Shown here: positions 10,780 through 20,342 of the stretch, piece after piece
How positions within the stretch are numbered: position 1 is the stretch's first letter
Layout of the letters: every line of letters starts with the position of its first letter
Source: Gammaproteobacteria bacterium
GTDB lineage: Bacteria > Pseudomonadota > Gammaproteobacteria > Thiotrichales > Thiotrichaceae
DNA length: 64,000 nt
Direction of reading: 5' to 3'
Assembly (NCBI GenBank): GCA_018822845.1
Contig: JAHJJD010000018.1
Location: 16,607 to 80,606, forward strand
Translations under genes and position numbers: made by a program
The notes under the pieces: generated by a model
Databases searched by the model: none
Told to the model about the DNA's origin: nothing
Seen by the model: the letters and a program-made list of their open reading frames with translations, nothing else

Positions 10780-12354
10780 ATGTCCCTGAATACACCTGAC
10801 ACCCTGCTGGAATCAATGCGCAACCCCGCATTTTACCCGCATCCCGTGCATAATATACAAGTAATTCACACGCATATATCGACTGTTTTCCTGACTGGCG
10901 ATTTCGCCTACAAGATCAAAAAGCCCGTCAATTTTGGCTTTCTGGATTTTACACAATTGGCAGCGCGGAAACATTTCTGTGAGGAAGAATTGCGCTTAAA
11001 CCGCCGTCTTGCGCCTGATTTGTATCTGGATGTCGTACCTGTTTTACTCGATGATCATACCTACCGTCTAGGCCTTCCAGACTCTCATGAAAGCGCCCAC
11101 GTTGTCGAATACGCTGTCAGGATGCGGCAGTTCAATCCCGACCAACAGTTAGACAGGCTACTGGCAGCAGGTTCCCTTCCTGTGGAACGCATGGATGAAC
11201 TTGCCCGGCAAATAGCCAATTTTCACCAGAATATTGAAACCGTGCCTGCTGCCAGCCGGTTCGGTTTGCCGGAAAACGTGTTGTTGCCAATGCAACAGAA
11301 TTTCAACCTGTTGCGTCAGCACCTTGACGACCCGGCAAGCCTGGCGCGCCTGAGTGTACTGGAAAGTTGGACAAAACAGGAATATTCCCGTCTGCAAACC
11401 AGCTTGTTACAGCGCAAGCAGGAAAATCATATCCGCGCCTGCCACGGCGACATGCACCTTGGGAATATAGCCCTGGTTGCAGGCAAAATCACCATTTTCG
11501 ACGGAATCGAATTCAGCGATGATCTGCGCCAGATTGACACCGCCAGCGAAATTGCATTTCTGGTCATGGACTTGCATGATCGGGAAGCTCCCGCCTATGC
11601 CCATCGCCTGCTGAATATTTATCTTGAAACAAGCGGCGATTACGGATTGTTGGCTGTACTGAATTTCTACATTGTGTATCGTGCGCTGGTACGTGCCAAA
11701 GTCAACGCCCTGCGTCTTGGCCAGAATCCAACAGCAGCCGAACGGGCACAGGCACTGCAACACTGCAAGGCATACCTGAAACTGGCCGCTAATTACATTC
11801 AACCGACCAGACCTGCGCTGCTGATCACGCATGGCCTGAGTGGCTCCGGCAAATCATGGGGATGTCGCCCACTGGTGGAAACGCTCGGTTTCATCCAGCT
11901 TCGTTCCGACGTGGAGCGCAAGCGCCTGGCCGACATGAAAGCCACCGAACGCGATGCACAAGGGCTGGATCAGGGCATTTACAGTGCTGACATGAGCGCA
12001 CGCACCTATGGCAGGCTGGCTGACCTGACTGCATCCATCCTGCAAAGCGGGCATTCCGTCATCGTTGACGCCACCTTCCTGCAAGCAGAACAGCGCCAGC
12101 GTTTCCAGGAACTTGCCCGGCAATATCAGGCCGCATTCCTGATCCTGCGCTTTGATGCACCGCACACACAACTGGAAGCCAATATCCGTCAACGTCAGCA
12201 AACAAATAATGACGCTTCTGACGCCGATGTTGCTGTGCTGCACAAACAATTAGCCAGTTACAAACCATTGCAGGAAAACGAACCTTGTGTAACAGTTCGA
12301 TTCAACGAGTGTTTACCAATCGATACGATAGAATCGAGAATTAACCACTTGTAA
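10780..12354 (+). CDS. APH-like kinase domain fused to a P-loop (AAA_33) kinase
   Basis: HTHIS, KIKKPV, CHGDMHLGNI and FDGIEF in the N-terminal half; GLSGSGKS and IVDATFL in the C-terminal half. Confidence 0.85.
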   Translation: MSLNTPDTLLESMRNPAFYPHPVHNIQVIHTHISTVFLTGDFAYKIKKPVNFGFLDFTQLAARKHFCEEELRLNRRLAPDLYLDVVPVLLDDHTYRLGLPDSHESAHVVEYAVRMRQFNPDQQLDRLLAAGSLPVERMDELARQIANFHQNIETVPAASRFGLPENVLLPMQQNFNLLRQHLDDPASLARLSVLESWTKQEYSRLQTSLLQRKQENHIRACHGDMHLGNIALVAGKITIFDGIEFSDDLRQIDTASEIAFLVMDLHDREAPAYAHRLLNIYLETSGDYGLLAVLNFYIVYRALVRAKVNALRLGQNPTAAERAQALQHCKAYLKLAANYIQPTRPALLITHGLSGSGKSWGCRPLVETLGFIQLRSDVERKRLADMKATERDAQGLDQGIYSADMSARTYGRLADLTASILQSGHSVIVDATFLQAEQRQRFQELARQYQAAFLILRFDAPHTQLEANIRQRQQTNNDASDADVAVLHKQLASYKPLQENEPCVTVRFNECLPIDTIESRINHL

Positions 12355-12463
12355 AGGAAATACGCTGGTTCGTCCTAATTATGATCATAGTAATCAATGG
12401 CGTGCCGTACCGTCCCAATGGGTTAAGGTGCAGTATCAACAATGATTACATGGGGAGTACAAA

Positions 12464-13381
12464 ATGCATCTTAATCCGACATCACTACGCTGGCTCGCGG
12501 CCCTCTCCATCGGCCTTTCCACAGTTACGCTGGCCGATACCAAACTGACCTACACCGATTCCGGTTTTGGCCCGCAGGAACGGAAAACCGTCATCCAGAT
12601 CCACGGCGACAAGGTGCGCATGGAAGAAGCCGACAGCGGCATCTACACCCTGTACGACAATGGCAAGAAAGCCCTGTATACAGTCAATAGCAAAACCAAA
12701 CAGTTCATCGAAACCACGCCTGACAAAATCCGCGAACGCATGACCAAAGTGGTCGAAATGCAGAACCAGTTCAAGGAAGAAATGAAAAAGCAGATAGCCA
12801 GCATGCCGGAAGACCAGCGCAAAGTGCTGGAAGAACGTATGCAGCAAGCCGAGGAAGCCATGAAAGCGCCTCCGCCAGAAATGAAAATGGAAAAGACCGA
12901 ACGCAAGGAAACTGTAAGCGGCCTGGAATGTGGCATTTCCACCGTCAAAATGGCGGATCAGGCCGTGCGGGATGTCTGCATCGCGGGCAGCGACGCCATG
13001 GAATCCAGCGATCATCAGATGCTGATAACCATGTTTGAATACATGGACGGCATCGCCACGGAATCTGCCAAAGTACAGGGCGTCACGCCACCAGCGGAAG
13101 GTTCCGCCGCCGTCCACAAGGAAGGGCTGGCCCTGCGCATTCAGGCGCTGCCACAAGGCCCGCGCAGCGAACTCAGCGCCATCGGCAAGGATGCACTGAC
13201 CGACGCCGACTTTACGGTTCCAGCCGATTACGCCGAGTTTGAACCGAGTGCTGCACCACCGCCACAAGCGGCTCCAGCACCGGAGGCCCCGGCTCCAGCC
13301 GCCCAGGCAGGCAATCCTCCAACACCTGCCCCTATTCCGGCAGCACCAGTTGCTCCAACACCTGCCCCGGCAGCAAAATAA
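12464..13381 (+). CDS. Secreted DUF4412-like protein with Pro/Ala-rich tail
   Basis: Sec signal (ends TLA-D), beta-rich N-domain (KVRME...YTLYD), coiled-coil middle, DFTVPADY motif and low-complexity PA tail. Confidence 0.6.
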   Translation: MHLNPTSLRWLAALSIGLSTVTLADTKLTYTDSGFGPQERKTVIQIHGDKVRMEEADSGIYTLYDNGKKALYTVNSKTKQFIETTPDKIRERMTKVVEMQNQFKEEMKKQIASMPEDQRKVLEERMQQAEEAMKAPPPEMKMEKTERKETVSGLECGISTVKMADQAVRDVCIAGSDAMESSDHQMLITMFEYMDGIATESAKVQGVTPPAEGSAAVHKEGLALRIQALPQGPRSELSAIGKDALTDADFTVPADYAEFEPSAAPPPQAAPAPEAPAPAAQAGNPPTPAPIPAAPVAPTPAPAAK

Positions 13382-13396
13382 GCATCCTTCATATCT

Positions 13397-13422
13397 TACC
13401 CCCCTTTTCTCAGAGGGGGGTA
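13397..13422 (+). terminator. GC hairpin TACCCCCCT-N8-AGGGGGGTA after the DUF4412-like gene
   Basis: Perfect 9-bp stem 15 nt after the stop. The U-tract is short, so it may instead be a dispersed palindromic repeat. Confidence 0.5.
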
Positions 13423-13487
13423 TTTGCAGCAATCAATCGACTACCCTTATCATCCTTCGCTCCATGAAGACAGAATAAGGACTCCCC

Positions 13488-14531
13488 ATGCGGCCAGCGC
13501 ACCTCAACTCCATCCTTGACAAAGAATTCCTCGGCACGCTTGAAGGCCACCACACCCCGGTGATGCTGTGGGGGCCACCCGGCGTCGGCAAGTCGCAGAT
13601 CGTGGCGCAGGTAGGCATACGCCATACCGTTCCTGTCATCGACATCCGCCTGTCGCAGATGGAACCCAGCGACCTGCGCGGCATCCCCTTCCGCGACAAG
13701 GAACTGGTGGAATGGGCCATCCCTTCCATGCTGCCGGATGAAACACGTCATGGTGCGATGGGCATCCTGTTCCTGGATGAAATCACCTCTGCCGTGCCGA
13801 GTGTTTCCGCTGCTGCTTACCAATTGATCCTCGACCGGCGTTTGGGCGATTACCGCGTGCCGGATGGCTGGGCAATTTTCGCTGCGGGCAACCGGCAAGG
13901 CGACCGGGGCGTGACCTACACCATGCCCGCGCCGCTGGCCAACCGCTTTTCGCATTTCGAGGTAGACCTGAATCTGGATGACTGGGTGGCATGGGCTTAC
14001 AAAAACAATATCGACGAACGTATCATCGGCTTCCTGCGTTTCCGCCCGGAACAGTTGTTCAACTTCGACCCTGCGCACAACCCGGTAGCCTTCCCGACCC
14101 CGCGTTCGTGGGAATTTGCCCACCGTGCCCTGCAAAAATTTGGCGATTCACCCTCCTTGTTGCTGGGTACCTTGCAAGCCTGCGTTGGCCCCGCCGCCGG
14201 GATTGAGCTGAAAGCCTTTGTCGACAGCCTCGACCAGATGCCTGACCTCGACGCCATCCTGCGCGGCGAAGACATCAAAGCCCCCAAGGAAGTTGACTTG
14301 CAATACGCCGTCGCCTCCGCACTGGTCGGGCGCGCCATCCGTGCACGCGGCACTGCGGAAGCTGCCAGCACTTACGGACATATCCTCAACTACGCCAAGG
14401 CATTCCCGCTTAAGGAAATGGGCGTAATGCTGGTATCCGACATGCTGCGCGCAGTGGGGGACGAAATCTTCGGCATTCCAGAATTTGCACAATGGGCCCA
14501 CTCGATCGGGGACATCATGCTGTATGACTGA
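13488..14531 (+). CDS. MoxR-type AAA+ ATPase
   Basis: WGPPGVGKS Walker A, ILFLDEI Walker B, FAAGNR and PLANRF arginine finger, FPTPRSWE. Confidence 0.88.
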   Translation: MRPAHLNSILDKEFLGTLEGHHTPVMLWGPPGVGKSQIVAQVGIRHTVPVIDIRLSQMEPSDLRGIPFRDKELVEWAIPSMLPDETRHGAMGILFLDEITSAVPSVSAAAYQLILDRRLGDYRVPDGWAIFAAGNRQGDRGVTYTMPAPLANRFSHFEVDLNLDDWVAWAYKNNIDERIIGFLRFRPEQLFNFDPAHNPVAFPTPRSWEFAHRALQKFGDSPSLLLGTLQACVGPAAGIELKAFVDSLDQMPDLDAILRGEDIKAPKEVDLQYAVASALVGRAIRARGTAEAASTYGHILNYAKAFPLKEMGVMLVSDMLRAVGDEIFGIPEFAQWAHSIGDIMLYD

Positions 14532-15879
14532 TACCTCACTTACCGCGCCAAACATCAAGGCCATCGAAGACAAACTGGTCGCCGCCCGTACCCGACTGAT
14601 CCTGGACAAGCCATTTCTCGGCGCTTTGGTGCTGCGCCTGCCTTTGCAGGCGGCCAACCCTGCCTGGTGCCCAACCACCGGCACGGACGCCCGCAAGTTC
14701 TATTACAACCCCGAATACATCCAGGAATTACGCACGGAAGAAGCGCAATTCGTCCTCGCTCACGAAGCCCTGCATTGTGCCCTGTCGCACTTTGCCCGTC
14801 GCCAGCACCGCGTCAAGCACCGCTGGGATCTGGCCTGTGATTACGCCATTAACCCCATCCTGCTGGAGGACGGGCTAAAGCCACCACCCGGCATGATCAT
14901 GATGAAGGAATACGTCGGCATGTCCGCCGAGGAGATTTACCCTCTGCTTGACGACAACGACATGACCGAAACGATGGATCAGCACCTGTACGACAAGGAA
15001 GATAACCCATCCGAAGGCAGCGGGGACAAAAGCGAAAACCCGCTGGATAACCGCGCTTCGACTCCGCTCAGCGACCAACCGCAGGATAGCGAACAAGAGC
15101 CTGACAATTCCGGAGGATCCCGTTCCCTGAGCGCCTGCACTGAGCGAAGTCGAAGTGGAGTCGAAGGGAACAATACGGAACAGCAACAGGAGTTCGATGA
15201 ACAGGAAGCTGGTGGCGAACCTCCCCCGCCCCCACTCAGCCAACAGGAAGCCGACGACCTCAGCGTGCAATGGCAACAAAGGCTGGCAGGTGCTGCCCAG
15301 CAAGCGCAACAGGTAGGCAAGCTCAGTGGCGTGATGCGACGACTGGTGGAAGAACTGTTGCAACCGCGCCTGCCATGGCGCACTTTGCTAGCGCACTACA
15401 TGACTGCGGTGGCGCGGGATGATTACAGTTACACCCGTCCCTCCTCCCGACGTGGCGACCCGGCCATCTTTCCCACACTGAAAAGCCACCAGATCAATGC
15501 CGTCGTGGCGCTGGATGTGAGTGGTTCCGTGACCGACAAGGAATTGCAGGACTGTCTGTCAGAAATCAATGCCATCAAAGGCCAGGTACGTGCCACCGTA
15601 ACCCTGCTGGCCTGTGATTCGGCAGTAATCGAAGGTTTCCCGTTACGCTTTGAACCCTGGGAGGAAGCCACCCTGCCCCAACAAATGCCCGGCGGTGGCT
15701 CCACCGATTTCCGCCCGGTCTTCGAGTGGACGCAACAACAGGATCAGCCACCTGATATTCTGGTATATTTCACCGACGCCCAAGGGTACTTCCCCAAGGT
15801 GCAACCAAACTTTCCTGTCATCTGGCTGGTCAAAGGCAGATCACAGGTTCCATGGGGAACCCGTATTCAACTGAATTAG
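14524..15879 (+). CDS. DUF2201-type protein: HEXXH metallopeptidase-like domain, acidic linker and VWA domain
   Basis: LAHEALH motif, DYAIN, MIDAS DVSGS, GGGSTDFRP and YFTDA. Start overlaps the MoxR stop by 8 nt. Confidence 0.85.
   Translation: MTDTSLTAPNIKAIEDKLVAARTRLILDKPFLGALVLRLPLQAANPAWCPTTGTDARKFYYNPEYIQELRTEEAQFVLAHEALHCALSHFARRQHRVKHRWDLACDYAINPILLEDGLKPPPGMIMMKEYVGMSAEEIYPLLDDNDMTETMDQHLYDKEDNPSEGSGDKSENPLDNRASTPLSDQPQDSEQEPDNSGGSRSLSACTERSRSGVEGNNTEQQQEFDEQEAGGEPPPPPLSQQEADDLSVQWQQRLAGAAQQAQQVGKLSGVMRRLVEELLQPRLPWRTLLAHYMTAVARDDYSYTRPSSRRGDPAIFPTLKSHQINAVVALDVSGSVTDKELQDCLSEINAIKGQVRATVTLLACDSAVIEGFPLRFEPWEEATLPQQMPGGGSTDFRPVFEWTQQQDQPPDILVYFTDAQGYFPKVQPNFPVIWLVKGRSQVPWGTRIQLN
15055..15076 (-). 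repeat. REP-like palindromic element (GGTCGCTGAGCGGAGTCGAAGC on the minus strand) inside the VWA-peptidase linker
   Basis: Shares the CTGAGCGGAGTCGAAG core with the elements at 15122-15171 and 37872-37897; inverted relative to 15122-15171. Confidence 0.75.
15122..15171 (+). repeat. Nested REP-like element: GTTCCCTGAGCG[CCTGCACTGAGCGAAGTCGAAGTG]GAGTCGAAGGGAAC
   Basis: Removing the 24-nt inner copy restores a 26-nt element with terminal inverted repeats GTTCCCT/AGGGAAC. Translated in frame as SLSACTERSRSGVEG. Confidence 0.8.
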
Positions 15880-15895
15880 CAAGAAAAACCAGAAC

Positions 15896-16882
15896 ATGTT
15901 GTTATTTTCCCTCGCGATCATCATTGGCTTGGTGCTACTAGCCTGGAGTGCAGACCGCTTCGTGCTGGGTGCTGCCAACCTGGCCCGCCTGACAGGTATT
16001 TCACCACTGACGGTGGGAATGGTTGTTGTCGGTTTCGGCACATCCGCCCCCGAAATACTGGTTTCCATCATTGCAGCCCTGAATGGTGCGCCCGGTATGG
16101 CATTGGGAAATGCGGTCGGCTCCAACATCACCAATATCGCGCTGATTTTGGGCATTACCGCAGTTGTCACGCCCCTGGCCGTGCACTCCCGTATTGTCAA
16201 ACGTGAATTGCCAATCGTGCTGGGTGTTGGCATCTTTTCCTGGCTGCTGTTACGGGATGGCTACACCTCACAGCTGGATGGCTTCATCCTGCTAACCACA
16301 TTGGGAAGTTTGCTCGCATGGCTGGTTTACAGCACGAGGAAATCATTTTTTCTGGAGCCACTGACAGCCGAAATCACCGGAGAAGTGCAGGAAATGGGGG
16401 AAGGCCAGAGCATGAAAGCCGCCATTTTCTGGACAATCGCTGGCCTGATCCTGCTGATTATCAGCTCCCGCCTGCTGGTCTGGGGGGCAAGCGGCATTGC
16501 CACCGCATTTGGCATCAGCGACCTGATCATTGGCTTGACGATTGTGGCAATCGGCACCAGCCTGCCGGAACTGGCTGCCTCCATCACCAGCGCCCGCAAG
16601 GGTGAGGCAGACCTTGCTGTCGGCAATATCGTCGGCTCCAACCTGTTCAACAATCTGGCTGTCATCGGGCTACCCGCCATGCTTCACCCATTGGAAACGC
16701 CGCCGGATTTACTGACCCGCGACCTGCCCATCATGATCGGCTTGACATTACTGTTGATCCTGTTCAATTTCACCCCTCCGAAAAGCAATCTCATCACCCG
16801 TCCGGAGGGTGTGATCCTGCTGGCGGTTTTCGTCGGATACCAGATTTTGCTGTACATACAAAGCGTTCCAGGAGGAGCCTGA
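15896..16882 (+). CDS. Calcium/sodium antiporter (YrbG family)
   Basis: Two alpha repeats, GFGTSAPE/GNAVGSNI and AIGTSLPE/GNIVGSNL; upstream of kdsD as in E. coli. Confidence 0.92.
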   Translation: MLLFSLAIIIGLVLLAWSADRFVLGAANLARLTGISPLTVGMVVVGFGTSAPEILVSIIAALNGAPGMALGNAVGSNITNIALILGITAVVTPLAVHSRIVKRELPIVLGVGIFSWLLLRDGYTSQLDGFILLTTLGSLLAWLVYSTRKSFFLEPLTAEITGEVQEMGEGQSMKAAIFWTIAGLILLIISSRLLVWGASGIATAFGISDLIIGLTIVAIGTSLPELAASITSARKGEADLAVGNIVGSNLFNNLAVIGLPAMLHPLETPPDLLTRDLPIMIGLTLLLILFNFTPPKSNLITRPEGVILLAVFVGYQILLYIQSVPGGA

Positions 16883-16888
16883 AACACC

Positions 16889-17863
16889 ATGCCGCACCAC
16901 GCAAAAGACCTGCTGACACTGGCGAAAGCCGTCATCGATACTGAAATCGCTGCACTCAGCGCCCTGCCCGAACGGCTGGATGATGATTTCCTGCATGCCT
17001 GCGAAGCGATGCTTGCCTGCAAGGGACGGGTCATCGTGACTGGCATGGGCAAATCCGGCCACATTGGCAACAAGATTGCGGCAACACTGGCCAGCACCGG
17101 TACACCGGCCTTTTTCCTGCACCCTGGCGAGGCCAGCCACGGTGATCTGGGCATGATCGTGAATGGCGATGTGATCATTGCCCTGTCCAATTCCGGTACG
17201 AGTGAGGAAATCCTCTCGATCCTGCCCGTCATCCGGCGGCTGGATGTACGCATCATCGCCATGACCGGCAACCCGAATTCCGCGCTGGCGGAAGCCGCCG
17301 ACTTCCATATTTACACTGGCGCGGACAAGGAAGCCTGCCCGTTAGGGCTGGCACCCACTTCCAGCACTACGGCAGCATTGGTGATGGGCGATGCGCTGGC
17401 GGTCGCGCTGCTGGAAGCACGCGGTTTCACGGCAGAAGATTTCGCCCGCTCCCACCCCGGCGGACGGCTGGGCAAGCGCCTGTTGGTGCATGTGCGCGAC
17501 ATCATGCATACCGGTGATGATATTCCACAGGTACAACCTGATGTGCATTTGCAACAGGCCATTCTGGAAATGACCCGCAAAAAGCTGGGCATGACCGCGA
17601 TTACGGATGATTCCGGCAAGCTGCTCGGCATCTTTACCGATGGCGACCTGCGCCGCTCGTTTGAAAAAGGCCTGGGCTTGCAGGAACAACCTGTTTCTGC
17701 CTTCATGACGCCCAATTGCCGTAGTATTGACGGTAACAGCCTGGCGGTCGAAGCCCTCAACCTGATGCAGGAGCACGCCATTACCGTGCTGCCGGTCGTG
17801 CAGGACGGACGTGTTACCGGTATTATCCATATGCATGACCTTTTACGAGCAGGAATAGCCTGA
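16889..17863 (+). CDS. kdsD: Arabinose-5-phosphate isomerase
   Basis: SIS domain (TGMGKSGHIG, HPGEASHGDLG, PTSSTT) plus a CBS pair; HPGG motif. Confidence 0.95.
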   Translation: MPHHAKDLLTLAKAVIDTEIAALSALPERLDDDFLHACEAMLACKGRVIVTGMGKSGHIGNKIAATLASTGTPAFFLHPGEASHGDLGMIVNGDVIIALSNSGTSEEILSILPVIRRLDVRIIAMTGNPNSALAEAADFHIYTGADKEACPLGLAPTSSTTAALVMGDALAVALLEARGFTAEDFARSHPGGRLGKRLLVHVRDIMHTGDDIPQVQPDVHLQQAILEMTRKKLGMTAITDDSGKLLGIFTDGDLRRSFEKGLGLQEQPVSAFMTPNCRSIDGNSLAVEALNLMQEHAITVLPVVQDGRVTGIIHMHDLLRAGIA

Positions 17864-18414
17864 TGCACCCTTTCCACGACATACCTGACAGCGTGATACA
17901 ACGCGCCCGCAACACCCGACTGGTCATTTTCGACATTGACGGTGTGCTGACCGATGGCAGCCTGTTTTTCGACAATCAGGGACAGGAATACAAAGCGTTC
18001 AATTCCAAGGATGGCCACGGTATCCGCATGTTGCTGGAAGGCGGACTGGAAATGGCCCTGATCACCGGGCGGCAATCCGAACTGGTGTTGCACCGCGCCG
18101 ATAACCTGAAAATTCCGCGCGACCGTATCTGGCAGGGCTACCGCGACAAACGCCCGGCTTTCGCTGAGCTGCTGGCGAAAACTGGCCTCAAACCTGAAAA
18201 CGTTGCTTACGTCGGGGATGATGTGGTGGATTTGCCGGTCATGGCGCAAGCTGGTTTTGCCATTGCCGTAGGCGACGCGCATTACTACGTCAGGCAACAT
18301 GCCCACTGGACGACGCAGGCAAGCGGCGGGCGCGGTGCGGGGCGTGAAGTCTGTGAGCTGCTGCTGCACGCGCATGGCAAGCTGCAAGCCAAGCTGGAAA
18401 GCTACCTGACATGA
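17863..18414 (+). CDS. kdsC: KDO-8-phosphate phosphatase
   Basis: HAD motif FDIDGVLTDG, KDGHGI, GDDVVD and GGRGAGRE. Confidence 0.95.
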   Translation: MHPFHDIPDSVIQRARNTRLVIFDIDGVLTDGSLFFDNQGQEYKAFNSKDGHGIRMLLEGGLEMALITGRQSELVLHRADNLKIPRDRIWQGYRDKRPAFAELLAKTGLKPENVAYVGDDVVDLPVMAQAGFAIAVGDAHYYVRQHAHWTTQASGGRGAGREVCELLLHAHGKLQAKLESYLT

Positions 18415-18971
18415 AACGCACCCTCACGCTGATTGTTGCCCTGCTGCTGATCCTGCTGATTACCCGGCTGGAAGATTACCTTGGGCAGGTCAATATCGGC
18501 AGTCTGAGCATGGACAAGGATCAGATCGACTACTACCTGTCAGACTTTTCAGTCATGGCGATCACAGATGATGGCAGTGTCAAGTATGAACTGGCGGGAC
18601 GCCACCTTTCCCACTGGCAGACGCAAAAGCAAAGCCTGATCATCACCCCGCGTATCAAGGGGGCAGGAAGCACGCCTGATGAGCAGACGCGACTCAGCGC
18701 CGATGAAGCCCGCATCGATCAGACGACGCAACTGGCGGAACTGACTGGCAATGTCAGGATTCTAAAGCCAGAGCCGGGTAATCAGGGCGAATTAGACTTA
18801 AGCACTGATCATCTGAACTACAACATGCAAAGCCATGAAATTTCCACCGATGCTGTCGTTTCAATTACCAGCCCGTCCGGCACTATGCAATCCACCGGCC
18901 TGACAGGTAAACTGGACGAAGATTTACTGAGATTTGATTCCAATGTCCGCTCAATCTACAAAGTTAAATAA
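18411..18971 (+). CDS. lptC: LPS export protein LptC
   Basis: N-terminal TM plus beta-jellyroll; position between kdsC and lptA. Confidence 0.85.
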   Translation: MKRTLTLIVALLLILLITRLEDYLGQVNIGSLSMDKDQIDYYLSDFSVMAITDDGSVKYELAGRHLSHWQTQKQSLIITPRIKGAGSTPDEQTRLSADEARIDQTTQLAELTGNVRILKPEPGNQGELDLSTDHLNYNMQSHEISTDAVVSITSPSGTMQSTGLTGKLDEDLLRFDSNVRSIYKVK

Positions 18972-19500
18972 CAAGTTAAGCAATTATTTATGCTGCCTGT
19001 TGCTGACAGGCAGCGTATCAGTTGCACACGCACTGGATGCCGATGTCGAAAAGCCTGTCGAAATCGAGGCCGATACAGCCATTTTTGACCGCAATGCTGG
19101 CACCGCCAGCTACGACGGCGCGGTCATTATCAAGCAAGGAAGTCTGGAAATCCTCGCCACCCATGTCGACATCGTTGCTCCTGACAATGAAATTCAACAT
19201 ATCATCGCCACTGGCTCCCCGGTCAATTTCAAACAGGAGATGGACAATGGCAAACAGGCCATGGGCGAAGCCAGGGAGATGCAATACTTTATCAAGGAGA
19301 AACGCCTGACCCTGCAAGGTGATGCCGAACTCCAGCAGGACAAGGACATCCTGACAGGCCACTTCATGGAATACCTGACCGATACCGGAGAGTTGAAAGT
19401 CAACGGCAAGGGCGGTAAGTCAGGCCGTGTTTCCGCCGTCTTTTACCCGACAAATAAAGCGGCTCCCCAACCCGATGCCACTGAAAAAGATAAAAAATGA
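18943..19500 (+). CDS. lptA: LPS transport periplasmic protein LptA
   Basis: Signal peptide, [20 protein letters not shown] and GRVSAVFYP; start uncertain. Confidence 0.88.
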   Translation: MSAQSTKLNNKLSNYLCCLLLTGSVSVAHALDADVEKPVEIEADTAIFDRNAGTASYDGAVIIKQGSLEILATHVDIVAPDNEIQHIIATGSPVNFKQEMDNGKQAMGEAREMQYFIKEKRLTLQGDAELQQDKDILTGHFMEYLTDTGELKVNGKGGKSGRVSAVFYPTNKAAPQPDATEKDKK

Positions 19501-20222
19501 ACACACTCGCAGCCCGCAACCTGCAAAAAAGTTACAAGAAACGCCAGATACTCAAGGGTGTGGATCTACACGTCAACAACGCCGAAGTGGTTGGCCTGCT
19601 GGGGCCAAATGGTGCTGGCAAAACCACCTGTTTCTACATGATTGTCGGTCTGGTAGGCGCTGATTCGGGGCAAGTCCTGCTCAACGACAAGGACATCACT
19701 GCTGCCGCCATGCACGAACGCGCCCGCGAAGGCATCGGCTATCTGGCGCAGGAAGCCAGCATTTTCCGCAAACTGACGGTCGCGCAAAACATCATGGCCG
19801 TGCTGGAAATGCGCAAGGATCTGAACAAGGCGCAACGCCAGGACAAGGTGGACAGCCTGCTGGAAGAATTCCAGCTTACCCATCTACGTGACAGTCAGGG
19901 CATCAGCCTGTCCGGCGGGGAACGCCGTCGTGCCGAAATCGCCCGCGCGCTGGCCACCGAACCGGCATTCATCCTGCTGGACGAACCGTTTGCGGGTGTC
20001 GACCCCATTTCCGTGCTGGAAATCCAGAAGATTATCCGCCACCTGGTTGCCCGCAATATCGGTGTCCTCATTACCGACCACAATGTGCGCGAGACCCTTG
20101 GCATCTGCCACCGCGCTTACATCCTCAGCGAAGGCAAGATCCTGGTAGCGGGCACACCCGCAGAGATCCTCAACGATGAACAAGCCCGCCGCGTCTATCT
20201 GGGTGAAAACTTCACACTCTAA
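19497..20222 (+). CDS. lptB: LPS export ABC ATPase LptB
   Basis: [38 protein letters not shown] and YLGENFTL. Confidence 0.97.
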   Translation: MNTLAARNLQKSYKKRQILKGVDLHVNNAEVVGLLGPNGAGKTTCFYMIVGLVGADSGQVLLNDKDITAAAMHERAREGIGYLAQEASIFRKLTVAQNIMAVLEMRKDLNKAQRQDKVDSLLEEFQLTHLRDSQGISLSGGERRRAEIARALATEPAFILLDEPFAGVDPISVLEIQKIIRHLVARNIGVLITDHNVRETLGICHRAYILSEGKILVAGTPAEILNDEQARRVYLGENFTL

Positions 20223-20342
20223 AGTCAGCCAACATTCACCTGGTCTGTAGCATCTTTGCACCACAGAACGATTGGAGTAGTATGAAGCCATGATTACTTG
20301 GCTTCATACACATGGCAGATACCAAAAGGAATAAGAATAAGA

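Noticed and set aside
12485-13432. 315-aa minus-strand ORF over the DUF4412-like gene
   Set aside because: Antisense shadow; the plus-strand ORF has the RBS, signal peptide and coherent domain structure.
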